Source: Octopus sinensis
Lineage: Eukaryota
Assembly: GCF_006345805.1 (NCBI RefSeq)
Contig: NW_021832547.1
Span: 1 to 59,240, forward strand
DNA: 59,240 nucleotides
Direction: 5' to 3'
The translations under genes were made by a program, and so were the position numbers. This document shows, piece after piece, positions 39,128-52,505 of the stretch. Numbering within the stretch: position 1 is the first letter of the stretch; each line of letters starts with the position of its first letter. The notes beneath the pieces are model-generated. The model was not told the origin of the DNA. It did no database searches and was given only the letters and a program-made list of their open reading frames with translations.

Positions 39128-39236
39128 TAGAACTGTATAACACATTTATCTCATTTGAAATATATAAATGTGTATATAAGTATATATGTATGTCTGTGTG
39201 TATGGCTATGTATATGTATGTGCATGTTTATGTATA

Positions 39237-39320
39237 TCATCATCATCATCATCATCATTTAATGTCCGTTTTCCATGCTGGCAAGAGTTGGATGGCTTGA
39301 CTGAAGTCTGGAGAGCCAGT
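39237..39320 (-). mobile_element. Short RTE 3' tail fragment
   Basis: (CAT)n followed by TTAATGTCCGTTTTCCATGCTGGC, matching the RTE 3' termini elsewhere in the window. Confidence 0.8.
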
Positions 39321-39323
39321 GTC

Positions 39324-39597
39324 ATTGTCTATAAGCAGCTCATCCACGGGGTCTCATCTTAAGAATATCCCATTCAGTATTCTTGTGATTTTCTCCAGTC
39401 TCCATCTTCATCTCCCTCTATATGGCCAAGCGCTGTGGTCTGCAGTCGACCATTGAGAGGTGTGTCCCTTGCCGGTAGTGCATTACGTCCACTGCCAGTC
39501 GTTTCCAGTTGTGTTCCACTGAAATGCTTCCTGCCTCATGCACACCCAGAATGGGGTCAATGGACTGGCACTCGTTGCAGCTCTGGTATTTGAGTAC
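39324..39597 (-). pseudogene. Degenerate LTR-retrotransposon integrase fragment
   Basis: Manual translation SCNECQSIDP...WKRLAVDVMHY...SMVDCRPQRLAI*, then after a frameshift DELLIDN (zinc-binding CxxC plus two catalytic Asp regions). Confidence 0.75.
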
Positions 39598-39664
39598 TCT
39601 TTTTTCGACCTTGTTTCACATTTATGTGCTTACTCTGGTATATGTACGTATGTATGTACCTATG

Positions 39665-39705
<41 letters not shown>

Positions 39706-39918
39706 TGTGAAATAGAAAGATGAATAATCTTGTTGCAGATTAATCAAAAGTTTAACCGATACCTTGGTAGCAAAAATCACAGCAGAAGACAGCACGGTTG
39801 GAGGTACAACCATATGGTGTTGCAACCGTGCGTTGGTGCGGATAATTGAATTTTAATATTATTAGTGAATTGAAGAAATGGAGTTGAACGAAGATTGAAC
39901 AGAAATCGTTTTATTGCA

Positions 39919-39998
39919 TTCTACACGTGTTTCGAAAGGCACAATTTACCAAATTCCGATTGAATAATGAGACCATATTGTGTCTTTCTCTTCAGGAA
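39919..39998 (-). ncRNA. Type I hammerhead ribozyme (minus-strand copy)
   Basis: Mirror of 40086-40165. Confidence 0.7.
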
Positions 39999-40085
39999 GA
40001 AATATGAAATCCGTAGGAGCCTCGTTCGATTTGTTTTGCTCCGCCTCTGTTCTGTTTTTGTTTTTTCCAACGGATTTCATATTTC

Positions 40086-40165
40086 TTCCTGAAGAGAAAG
40101 ACACAATATGGTCTCATTATTCAATCGGAATTTGGTAAATTGTGCCTTTCGAAACACGTGTAGAA
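40086..40165 (+). ncRNA. Type I hammerhead ribozyme (Penelope-like minimal type)
   Basis: TTC-CTGAAGA (40089-40095); stem II GAAAGACACAAT/ATTGTGCCTTTC; GAAA (40151-40154); C-ACGT-G; TA; GAA. Predicted cleavage after GUA at 40162. Confidence 0.72.
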
Positions 40166-40409
40166 TGCAATAAAACGATTTCTGTTCAATCTTCGTTCAA
40201 CTCCATTTCTTCAATTCACTAATTATATATATATATATGTATGTATGTATAAATATATATATCACGTGATCAGGTGACCAACCTACCATCAGATGTTGTT
40301 ACACTTCGCTGGTCACAATGCGTTTCACTTGTTTTAGCCTTCGAATGACGCCACCCCGCTGGCTAAGCGAGCAGGCCATATATATATATATATATGGCTA
40401 AGCGAGCAG

Positions 40410-40456
<47 letters not shown>

Positions 40457-40638
40457 TATATATATTCCTGATTTGGAATTTCTTCTGCCAGTTTCACTTC
40501 GAAAACGAAATGATTTCAAGATAAGAAATTTAACTCAAATTCAACCCGTATTCTTCTCACCATTCATATATTTCATTCCATGACCATGGTTGTGCTTTGT
40601 TTACTATTATTATTTTCAGCTTCGCCTCGCATTACATA

Positions 40639-43600
40639 TCATGTATAATTCACTAGTTATTATTGTCTATCGATCAGCCCCTCATCTCGTTTAAAAATGG
40701 AATACATATTTATTAATCTTACAGGCCCTTATTATTTCATAAAAGTTTTCTCCTCTTGGAAGAACGCTCGCTCGTGTGGCTGGATAAAACTTTTCATGTA
40801 TAATTCACTAGTTATTATTGTCTCTCGATCAGCCCCTCATCTCGTTTCAAAATGGAATACATATTTATTAATCTTACAGGCCCTTATTATTTCATAAAAG
40901 TTTTCTCCTCTTGGAAGAACGCTCGCTCGTGTGGCTGGATAAAACTTTTCATGTATAATTCACTAGTTATTATTGTCTATCGATCAGCCCCTCATCTCGT
41001 TTAAAAATGGAATACATATTTATTAATCTTACAGGCCCTTATTATTTCATATAAGTTTTCTCCTCTTGGAAGAACGCTCGCTCGTGTGGCTGGATAAAAC
41101 TTTTCATGTATAATTCACTAGTTATTATTGTGTATCGATCAGCCCCTGATCTCGTTTAAAAATGGAATACATATTTATTAATCTTACAGGCCCTTATTAT
41201 TTCATAAAAGTTTTCTCCTCTTGGAAGAACGCTCGCTCGTGTGGCTGGATAAAACTTTTCATGTATAATTTACTAGTTATTATTGTCTATCAATCAGCCC
41301 CTCATCTCGCTTAAAAATGGAATACATATTTATTAATCTTACAGGCCCTTATTATTTCATAAAAGTTTTCTCCTCTTGGAAGAACGCTCACTCGTGTGGC
41401 TGGATAAAACTTTTCATGTATAATTCACTAGTTATTATTGTCTATCGATCAGCCCCTCATCTCGTTTAAAAATGGAATACATATTTATTAATCTTACAGG
41501 CCCTTATTATTTCCTATAAGTTTTCTCCTCTTGGAAGAACGCTCGCTCGTGTGGCTGGATAAAACTTTTCATGTATAATTCACTAGTTATTATTGTCTAT
41601 CGATCAGCCCCTAATCTCGTTAAAAATGGAATACATATTGATTAATCTTACAGGCCCTTATTATTTCATAAAAGTTTTCTCCTCTTGGAAGAACGCTCGC
41701 TCGTGTGGCTGGATAAAACTTTTCATGTATAATCCACTAGTTATTATTGTCTATCGATCAGCCCCTCATCTCGCTTAAAAATGGAATACATATTTATTAA
41801 TCTTACAGGCCCTTATTATTTCATAAAAGTTTTCTCCTCTTGGAAGAACGCTCACTCGTGTGGCTGGATAAAACTTTTCATGTATAATTCACTAGTTATT
41901 ATTGTCTATCGATCAGCCCCTCATCTCGTTTAAAAATGGAATACATATTTATTAATCTTACAGGCCCTTATTATTTCCTATAAGTTTTCTCCTCTTGGAA
42001 GAACGCTCGCTCATGTGGCTAGATAAAACTTTTCATGTATAATCCACTAGTTATTATTGTCTATCGATCAGCCCCTCATCTCGTTTAAAAATGGTATACA
42101 TATTTATTAATCTTACAGGCCCTTATTATTTCATAAAAGTTTTCTCCTCTTGGAAGAACGCTCGCTCGTGTGGCTGGATAAAACTTTTCATGTATAATTC
42201 ACTAGTTATTATTGTCTATCGATCAGCCCCTCATCTCGTTTAAAAATGGAATACATATTTATTAATCTTACAGGCCCTTATTATTTCATAAAAGTTTTCT
42301 CCTCTTGGAAGAACGCTCGCTCGTGTGGCTGGATAAAACTTTTCATGTATAATTCACTAGTTATTTTTGTCTATCGATCAGCCCCTCATCTCGCTTAAAA
42401 ATGGAATACATATTTATTAATCTTACAGGCCCTTATTATTTCATAAAAGTTTTCTCCTCTTGGAAGAACGCTCGCTCGTGTGGCTGGATAAAACTTTTCA
42501 TGTATAATTCACTAGTTATTATTGTCTATCGATCAGCCCCTCATCTCGTTTAAAAATGGAATACATATTTATTAATCTTACAGGCCCTTATTATTTCATA
42601 AAAGTTTTCTCCTCTTGGAAGAACGCTCGCTCGTGTGGCTGGATAAAACTTTTCATGTATAATTCACTAGTTATTATTGTCTATCGATCAGCCCCTCATC
42701 TCGCTAAAAATGGAATACATATTATTAATCTTACAGGCCCTTATTATTTCATAAAAGTTTTCTCCTCTTGGAAGAACGCTCGCTCGTGTGGCTGGATAAA
42801 ACTTTTCATGTATAATTCACTAGTTATTTTTGTCTATCGATCAGCCCCTCATCTCGTTAAAAATGGAATACATATTATTAATCTTACAGGCCCTTATTAT
42901 TTCATAAAAGTTTTCTCCTCTTGGAAGAACGCTCGCTCGTGTGGCTGGATAAAACTTTTCATGTATAATTACTAGTTATTATTGTCTATCGATCAGCCCC
43001 TCATCTCGTTTAAAAATGGAATACATATTTATTAATCTTACAGGCCCTTATTATTTCATAAAAGTTTTCTCCTCTTGGAAGAACGCTCGCTCGTGTGGCT
43101 GGATAAAACTTTTCATGTATAATTCACTAGTTATTATTGTCTATCGATCAGCCCCTCATCTCGTTTAAAAATGGAATACATATTTATTAATCTTACAGGC
43201 CCTTATTATTTCATATAAGTTTTCTCCTCTTGGAAGAACGCTCGCTCGTGTGGCTGGATAAAACTTTTCATGTATAATTCACTAGTCATTATTGTCTATC
43301 GATCAGCCCCTCATCTCGTTAAAAATGGAATACATATTTATTAATCTTACAGGCCCTTATTATTTCATATAAGTTTTCTCTCTTGGAAGAACGCTCGCTT
43401 GTGTGGCTGGATAATACTTTCCATGTATAATTCACTAGTTATTATTGTGTATCGATCAGCCCCTCATCTCGTTAAAAATGGAATACATATTTATTAATCT
43501 TACAGGCCCTTATTATTTCATAAAAGTTTTCTCCTCTTGGAAGAACGCTCGCTCGTGTGGCTGGATAAAACTTTTCATGTATAATTTACTAGTTATTATT

Positions 43601-46600
43601 ATCTATCGATCAGCCCCTCATCTCGTTAAAAATGGAATACATATTTATTAATCTTACAGGCCCTTATTATTTCATAAAAGTTTTCTCCTCTTGGAAGAAC
43701 GCTCGCTCGTGTGGCTGGATAAAACTTTTCATGTATAATTCACTAGTTATTATTGTCTATAGATCAGCCCCTCATCTCGTTAAAAATGGAATACATATTT
43801 ATTAATCTTACAGGCCCTTATTATTTCATAAAAGTTTTCTCCTCTTGGAAGAATGCTCGCTCGTGTGGCTGGATAAAACTTTTCATGTATAATTTACTAG
43901 TTATTATTATCTATCGATCAGCCCCTCATCTCGTTTAAAAATGGAATACATATTTATTAATCTTACAGGCCCTTATTATTTCATAAAAGTTTTCTCCTCT
44001 TGGAAGAACGCTCGCTCGTGTGGCTGGATAAAACTTTTCATGTATAATTCACTAGTTATTATTGTCTATCGATCAGCCCCTCATCTCGTTTAAAAATGGA
44101 ATACATATTTATTAATCTTACAGGCCCTTATTATTTCATAAAAGTTTTCTCCTCTTGGAAGAATGCTCGCTCGTGTGGCTGGATAAAACTTTTCATGTAT
44201 AATTCACTAGTCATTATTGTCTATCGATCAGCCCCTCATCTCGTTAAAAATGGAATACATATTTATTAATCTTACAGGCCCTTATTATTTCATATAAGTT
44301 TTCTCTTCTTGGAAGAACGCTCGCTTGTGTGGCTGGATAATACTTTCCATGTATAATTCACTAGTTATTATTGTGTATCGATCAGCCCCTCATCTCGTTA
44401 AAAATGGAATACATATTTATTAATCTTACAGGCCCTTATTATTTCATAAAAGTTTTCTCCTCTTGGAAGAACGCTCGCTCGTGTGGCTGGATAAAACTTT
44501 TCATGTATAATTCACTAGTTATTATTGTCTATCGATCAGCCCCTCATCTCGTTTAAAAATGGAATACATATTTATTAATCTTACAGGCCCTTATTATTTC
44601 ATAAAAGTTTTCTCCTCTTGGAAGAATGCTCGCTCGTGTGGCTGGATAAAACTTTTCATATATAATTTACTAGTTATTATTGTCTATCAATCAGCCCCTC
44701 ATCTCGCTTAAAAATGGAATACATATTTATTAATCTTACAGGCCCTTATTATTTCATAAAAGTTTTCTCCTCTTGGAAGAACGCTCGCTCGTGTGGCTGG
44801 ATAAAACTTTTCATGTATAATTCACTAGTTATTATTGTCTATCGATCAGCCCCTCATCTCGTTTAAAAATGGAATACATATTTATTAATCTTACGGGCCC
44901 TTATTATTTCATATAAGTTTTCTCCTCTTGGAAGAACGCTCGCTCGTGTGGCTGGATAATACTTTTCATGTATAATTCACTAGTTATTATTGTCTATCGA
45001 TCAGCCCCTAATCTCGTTAAAAATGGAATACATATTGATTAATCTTACAGGCCCTTATTATTTCATAAAAGTTTTCTCCTCTTGGAAGAACGCTCGCTCG
45101 TGTGGCTGGATAAAACTTTTCATGTATAATTCACTAGTTATTATTGTCTATCGATCAGCCCCTCATCTCGTTAAAAATGGAATACATATTTATTAATCTT
45201 ACAGGCCCTTATTATTTCATATAAGTTTTCTCCTCTAGGAGGAACGCTCACTCGTGTGGCTGGATAAAACTTTTCATGTATAATTCACTAGTTATTATTG
45301 TCTGTCGATCAGCCCTCATCTCGTTTAAAAATGGAATACATATTTATTAATCTTACAGGCCCTTATTATTTCATAAAAGTTTTCTCCTCTTGGAAGAATG
45401 CTCGCTCGTGTGGCTGGATAAAACTTTTCATGTATAATTCACTAGTCATTATTGTCTATCGATCAGCCCCTCATCTCGTTAAAAATGGAATACATATTTA
45501 TTAATCTTACAGGCCCTTATTATTTCATATAAGTTTTCTCTTCTTGGAAGAACGCTCGCTTGTGTGGCTGGATAATACTTTCCATGTATAATTCACTAGT
45601 TATTATTGTGTATCGATCAGCCCCTCATCTCGTTAAAAATGGAATACATATTTATTAATCTTACAGGCCCTTATTATTTCATAAAAGTTTTCTCCTCTTG
45701 GAAGAACGCTCGCTCGTGTGGCTGGATAAAACTTTTCATGTATAATTCACTAGTTATTATTGTCTATAGATCAGCCCCTCATCTCGTTTAAAAATGGAAT
45801 ACATATTTATTAATCTTACAGGCCCTTATTATTTCATAAAAGTTTTCTCCTCTTGGAAGAATGCTCGCTCGTGTGGCTGGATAAAACTTTTCATGTATAA
45901 TTTACTAGTTATTATTGTCTATCAATCAGCCCCTCATCTCGCTTAAAAATGGAATACATATTTATTAATCTTACAGGCCCTTATTATTTCATAAAAATTT
46001 TCTCCTCTTGGAAGAACGCTCGCTCGTGTGGCTGGATAAAACTTTTCATGTATAATTCACTAGTTATTATTGTCTATCGATCAGCCCCTCATCTCGTTTA
46101 AAAATGGAATACATATTTATTAATCTTACAGGCCCTTATTATTTCATAAAAGTTTTCTCCTCTTGGAAGAACGCTCGCTCGTGTGGCTGGATAAAACTTT
46201 TCATGTATAATTCACTAGTTATTATTGTCTATCAATCAGCCCCTCATCTCGCTTAAAAATGGAATACATATTTATTAATCTTACAGGCCCTTATTATTTC
46301 ATAAAAATTTTCTCCTCTTGGAAGAACGCTCGCTCGTGTGGCTGGATAAAACTTTTCATGTATAATTCACTAGTTATTATTGTCTATCGATCAGCCCCTC
46401 ATCTCGTTAAAAATGGAATACATATTTATTAATCTTACAGGCCCTTATTATTTCATAAAAGTTTTCTCCTCTTGGAAGAACGCTCGCTCGTGTGGCTGGA
46501 TAAAACTTTTCATGTATAATTCACTAGTTATTATTGTCTATCGATCAGCCCCTCATCTCGTTTAAAAATGGAACACATATTTATTAATCTTACAGGCCCT

Positions 46601-47584
46601 TGTTATTTCATATAAGTTTTCTCTTCTTGGAAGAACGCTCGCTCGTGTGGCTGGATAAAACTTTTCATGTATAATTCACTAGTTATTATTGTCTATCGAT
46701 CAGCCCCTCATCTCGTTAAAAATGGAATACATATTTATTAATCTTACAGGCCCTTATTATTTCATAAAAGTTTTCTCCTCTTGGAAGAACGCTCGCTCGT
46801 GTGGCTGGATAAAACTTTTCATGTATAATTCACTAGTTATTATTGTCTATCGATCAGCCCCTCATCTCGTTTAAAAATGGAACACATATTTATTAATCTT
46901 ACAGGCCCTTGTTATTTCATATAAGTTTTCTCTTCTTGGAAGAACGCTCGCTTGTGTGGCTGGATAATACTTTCCATGTATAATTCACTAGTTATTATTG
47001 TGTATCGATCAGCCCCTCATCTCGTTAAAAATGGAATACATATTTATTAATCTTACAGGCCCTTATTATTTCATAAAAGTTTTCTCCTCTTGGAAGAACG
47101 CTCGCTCGTGTGGCTGGATAAAACTTTTCATGTATAATTCACTAGTTATTATTGTCTATCGATCAGCCCCTCATCTCGTTTAAAAATGGAACACATATTT
47201 ATTAATCTTACAGGCCCTTGTTATTTCATATAAGTTTTCTCTTCTTGGAAGAACGCTCGCTTGTGTGGCTGGATAATACTTTCCATGTATAATTCACTAG
47301 TTATTATTGTGTATCGATCAGCCCCTCATCTCGTTAAAAATGGAATACATATTTATTAATCTTACAGGCCCTTATTATTTCATAAAAGTTTTCTCCTCTT
47401 GGAAGAACGCTCGCTCGTGTGGCTGGATAATACTTTTCATGTATAATTCACTAGTTATTATTGTCTATCGATCAGCCCCTAATCTCGTTAAAAATGGAAT
47501 ACATATTGATTAATCTTACAGGCCCTTATTATTTCATATAAGTTTTCTCCTCTAGGAGGAACGCTCGCATGGCTGGATAAAACT
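40639..47584. repeat. 154/155-bp satellite, about 45 copies
   Basis: AAAAGTTTTC at 40741 and 40896 (period 155); units highly homogeneous. Confidence 0.98.
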
Positions 47585-47859
47585 CTTCGCAGGTTGCTCT
47601 CCCTTCCATCCCCTCTACCGATACAGGAAGGCTTGAGAAATTTCTCATCCTTGTTGTCTCCCATTTTCACTTCAGACTTACGCTGCCCCCACCGCTACAG
47701 AAATTCCAAAATTTTCTCATCCTTGTTCTCCCCCATGTACACTTTGCATCTCTGTTGTCTCCTATGCCCATCTGTTCCTCTTTCCATAAAGGTAGTGGTC
47801 ATTCATTGCAAGATATGCTTTGTGTAACGTACGCGGTTTGAACTTGAGCTTTATTGTTT

Positions 47860-50800
47860 GTCTATGAATACTGCCAAACGCGAGTTTTCTTTTCAGGTTC
47901 ATGATGCTACTAGGTCCATTGCCTCCCACTTCCTCAACGTTGGCACACTGAAAGGCAGATCTGGTGAGATCGTCGAATTGCTTGAACGGAGGTGTGTAGA
48001 TATATGCTGTATTCAAGAGGTGAGGTGGAGAGGAGGTTCTGCTAGGTTCCTCACGGGTAAAGGACAGAGGTATAAAATTTTCTGGGCCAGGAATACTGAA
48101 GGAGTCGGGGGAGTGGGTATGCTTATTGCCGAAAAATGGGTAGATAAGGTTATCGAGGTAGTCAGAGTATGTGACAGAATATTGAAGATTAGATTAGTGC
48201 TCCATCATAGTTTAGCAACTATTATATCGGCCTATGCCCCTCAGCCAGGGTTACCCGATGGACAGAAAGACCTTTTCTATGACACCCTACTGCAGACTAC
48301 CTCATTGATGAACAACAGGGACCTTCTCTTTGTGGCTGGTGACTTCAATGGGCATGTTGGACGATATGCTGAGGGTTGCTATGGCGTTCATGGAGGCTAT
48401 GGTTATGGTTCTCGCAATGCGGAGGGAACCAGGCTGCTGTAGTTCTGTGATACGAATAGTCTTATGGTTTGCAACACTAACTTCAGGAAACCAACAAGCC
48501 CTTATTATTTCACCTACCGTTCGGGCCAGCATACTAGCCAAATCGACTACATCCTTGCCAGAAAAAGGGAAAGATGGCTGCTTATAAATGCCAAAACCTT
48601 CCCAGGCGAAGAATGTACCCCACAACATAGAATGGTGGTCAGTGACTTTAGGATCAGGACTAAGAGGACGACTAGAAGACGACCAACATGGAGAAGAAGG
48701 GTCTGGAAGCTTAAAGACCCTGCAAATGGACAGAGATTTAGAGACATGTTACTTGAAGCATTCGACGAAATAGAAGGGGGCATAGCTACACATGGGGTAG
48801 AAGATAACTGGGCGCTTCTAAGGGACAACCTGCTGAAAGCCACTGACCAGATCTGTGGCTGGTGCAAAGTCCCCACAAGACCCAAAATAACGTCGTGGTG
48901 GAACAATACTGTTGACAGGGCTATTAGACAAAAGAAACAGGCTTGGAAGGACTGGAAGAACGGTGGTAGCAGGGAAGTGTATCAGACTGCAAGAAGGGAA
49001 GCTAGGAGGCAGGTTTATTTAGCCAGAGGGGAAGCAGATAGGAAAAAATTTGCCAATGTCCTGCGCCGTGAGGATGAAAGACTTGAGGTATCTCGTATAG
49101 CAAGACAGTGTGTGAGAGAGAATCGTGACGTGGTAGGAGAAAAATGTGTTCGCACGGATGACGGCTCACTTGCGCTAAATGAGGATGCAAAGAGAGAGGT
49201 TTGGAGAAGCCACTATGAAAGGTTGCTGAATGAGGAAAATGAATGGGATAAAGAGAGTCTGCCGAATGTTGACCCAACAGAGGGACCAGCAATCCGAGTT
49301 GACAGTTCCTTAGTAGTTAAGGCAATTAAAAGCATGAAAACAGGGAAAGCCCCAGGCCCATCAGGAATTACTGCAGAGATGCTCAAAATATCTGGTAGTG
49401 TCGGCTATAGCCTAGTCACCCGTATAGTTAACCAGGTGATACACGAAGGAGACATTCGCAATGACTGGTGTAGCAGCTTAAAAGTCAGCTGCTACAAAGG
49501 TAAAGGTGACGCCCTAGATACAAATAACTACAGGGGTATCAAGCTGCTGGATCAGGTAATGAAGGTTACGGAGAGGGTTGTAGCCCAACTAATTAGAGAG
49601 AGTGTTAGTCTAGATCAGATGCAGTTTGAGTTCGTGCCAGGGAAAAGTACTACTGATGCTATTTTCATGGTAAGACAGCTGCAGGAGAAATACCTAGCCA
49701 AAGACAAGCCCCTATTCCTGGCTTTTGTTGATATGGAGAAAGCCTTCGACAGGGTCCCCCGATCCCTCATCTGGTGGTCAATGAGGAAACTAGGGATAGA
49801 TGAATGGTTAGTGAAAGCTGTACAAGCCATGTACAGAGACGCTGCTAGTAAGGTGAGGGTTGGCATCGAGTACAGTGAAGAATTCAGGGTAGAGGTTGGG
49901 GTCAACCAAGGTTCAGTCCTTAGTCCCCTCCTATTTATAATAGTCCTCCAGGCAATAACGGAGGAATTCAAGACAGGATGCCCTTGGGAGCTCCTCTATG
50001 CTGATGACCTTGCTCTAATTGCTGAGTCTCTATCAGAACTAGAGGAGAAGTTTCAGGTATGGAAGCAAGGTTTAGAATCGAAGGGCCTTAGAATCAACCT
50101 AGCCAAAACCAAAGTCCTAATAAGAAGGAAGGTAGACCAATCACAAACGCCTTCAGGTAGATGGCCCTGCTCGATCTGTAGAAAAGGTGTAGGTAGAAAC
50201 TCTATAAGATGCACCAAGTGTAAGCTATGGACACATAAGAGGTGCAGCAATGTCAAAGGAAGGCTAACTAGGAAGATGGTTTTTGTATGTTGCAGATGCT
50301 CAGGAACAATAAACACTGAAAATGCTCTGAGACCAACATCCATCACTTTCCAGGGAGAAAAACTAGAAGTAGTTGATAGTTTCCGCTACCTAGGTGACCA
50401 AGTCAGTAGCAGGGGCGGGTGTGCTGAAAGTATAACTGCTAGAGTAAGAATAGCCTGGGCAAAGTTTAGAGAGCTCTTACCCCTGTTGGTGACAAAAGGC
50501 CTCTCGCTCAAAGTAAAAGGCAGACTGTATGATGCATGTGTACGTACAGCCATGCTACATGGTAGTGAAACTTGGGCTGTGACTGCTGAGGATTTGCGTA
50601 AGCTCGCAAGAAATGAAGCTAGTATGCTCCGATGGATGTGTAACGTCAGTGTTCATAATCGACAGAGTGTAAGTACCTTGAGAGAAAAGTTGAATCTAAG
50701 AAGCATCAGTTGTTGTGTGCAAGAGAGACGATTGCGCTGGTATGGTCATGTGATGAGAATGGCTGAAGATAGCTGTGTGCGAAAGTGCCACACCCTGGCA

Positions 50801-51465
50801 GTTGAGGGGACCTGTGGAAGAGGTAGACCCAAGAAAACCTGGGACGAGGTGGTGAAGCACGACCTTCGAACTCTAGGTCTCACCAAGGAAATGACCAGTG
50901 ACCGAGACCTTTGGAAGTATGCTGTGCGTGAGAAAACCCGGCAAGGCCAGTGAGAACAGTCAAAATCAAAATCAAACCAATATCAGAAAGCAGAACCAAA
51001 TTGAGGTCGATCAACATCAGGGCCCCCGTGCAGGTGACACGTAAAAGCACCATCCGTTCGTGGCCATTTGCCAGCCCTGTCTGGCCCCCGTGTCGGTGGT
51101 ACGTAAATGCACCATCCGTTCGTGGCCGTTTGCCAGCTCTGTCTGGCCCCCGTGTTGGTGGCACGTAAAAGCACCATCCATTCGTGTCCGTTGCCAGCCT
51201 CGCCTGGCCCCCGTGCCGGTGACACGTAAAAGCACCATCCGTTTCGTGGCCGTTTGCCAGCTCTGTCTGGCACTTGTGCGGGTGGCACGTAAAAAGCACC
51301 CACTACACTCACGGAGTGGTTGGCGTTAGGAAGGGCATCCAGTTGTAGAAACACTGCCAGATCTGACTGGGCCTGATGAAGCCTTCCAGCTTCACAGACC
51401 CCAGTTGAACCGTCCAACCCATGCTAGCATGGAGAACGGACGCTAAATGATGATGATGATGATGA
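47860..51465 (+). mobile_element. RTE-clade LINE copy 4, near full length
   Basis: EN-RT-PHD ORF, about 62-bp 3' UTR repeats at 51025-51290, and a (TGA)n tail followed by (TA)n. Confidence 0.95.
47864..50953 (+). pseudogene. RTE ORF interrupted only by an in-frame TAG at 48440-48442
   Basis: 47858-48442 and 48464-50953 are in the same frame. The TAG replaces the GAG(E) seen in RTE-1 and RTE-2. YADD is intact. Confidence 0.9.
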
Positions 51466-51496
51466 TATATATATGTATATATATATATATATAATT

Positions 51497-52297
51497 TAAC
51501 CATTGATTGTTGCATTAGATGGTAACAATTCAAAGTGAATTACTCCTTTGCAATCCCACCAGATAGAGAGAAGAAACTTTTTCCCATGAAGTTGCCCTCT
51601 CGGTTGTGGTTGAGCTTTTTCCCTTTTACCAAGCCACTGTTTACGACGTTTAACATTTCGATAGAAGATCCATTTTCGTCACCAGTCAAAGTCTATCCAA
51701 AAGGGGTGGAATGAGTTCATGAGAATGGAGAGAAGAGCAGATGTTAACTCGGGATTTGCGGCTGCTTTCAGACAATTCATTTTCCAAATTTAGGAACCTT
51801 TCCAAGTTGTTAAAGATGACGATGAGCTAAATTTGAACTAAGCTTTATTGCCAATTCTTCAGCTGATAATGCAGGATTTTCTCCAAGTAATGCTTCAAGG
51901 AGCTTATCATCAAACTCAACTGCATGTCCTATTTGATCTTCATCTTCAAGGCTGAAATCTCCACTTCTGAATCTTGCAAGCCATCCTCTGCAAGTTCTTT
52001 CATTCAAGCATTCTTTCCCATAGACTGACTATGTTTTCAGTCGCTTCAGCTGCAGAGTTTCCTTTTTTGTACTCATAAAACATTATGTGCATCAAATGCT
52101 CTTTGTGTACTTCCATGTTAGGGTTTTAATCAAAGAAATTTTAATTCTATTAATCTGTAAAAAAATTATCTAATTAGTTTAAATGTACACAAATGCATAA
52201 AAATAATTTTCAATTCCATAAGACATTCTAAAATACTATTAAATTTCATTCAATTTTAAAAAAGGCAAAATTGGACAGAACTTATGGGATGACCTGA
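51497..52297 (-). mobile_element. Mariner 5' half (TIR plus degenerate transposase)
   Basis: TA|TCAGGTCATCCCATAAGTTCTGTCC terminus; ATG at 52116; ERTCRGWLARFRSGDFSLED, TGDEKWIFY and WWDCKGVIHFELL motifs, with stops and frameshifts. Confidence 0.88.
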
Positions 52298-52505
52298 TAC
52301 ATACTAGCAGTATAGCCTGGCAGTGCCCAGGATTAAGTTAGGATTATTAAGCTAATCAAACAAAACTAGGTAATCCTGATGTCATATTTGAGCAAAATCC
52401 ATTGAAATTGGTAAATGTTTGGCTGAAGATGGGTTGCAGACTATTTGATTGGGAAATCCCATAAGGAATCAGTTTATTGATTTTTCCATTTATCGATTGT
52501 TTTTT

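Larger units (their letters stand above)
39861..40223. repeat. Perfect 154-bp inverted repeat with a 55-bp spacer
   Basis: 39861-40014 is the exact reverse complement of 40070-40223 (checked by eye). Confidence 0.95.

Noticed and set aside
40697-47513. Repeated MEYIFINLTGPYYF... ORFs, and similar ORFs at 5159-5443 and 32201-33230
   Set aside because: Chance open frames in satellite monomers, broken by frequent 1-bp indels.
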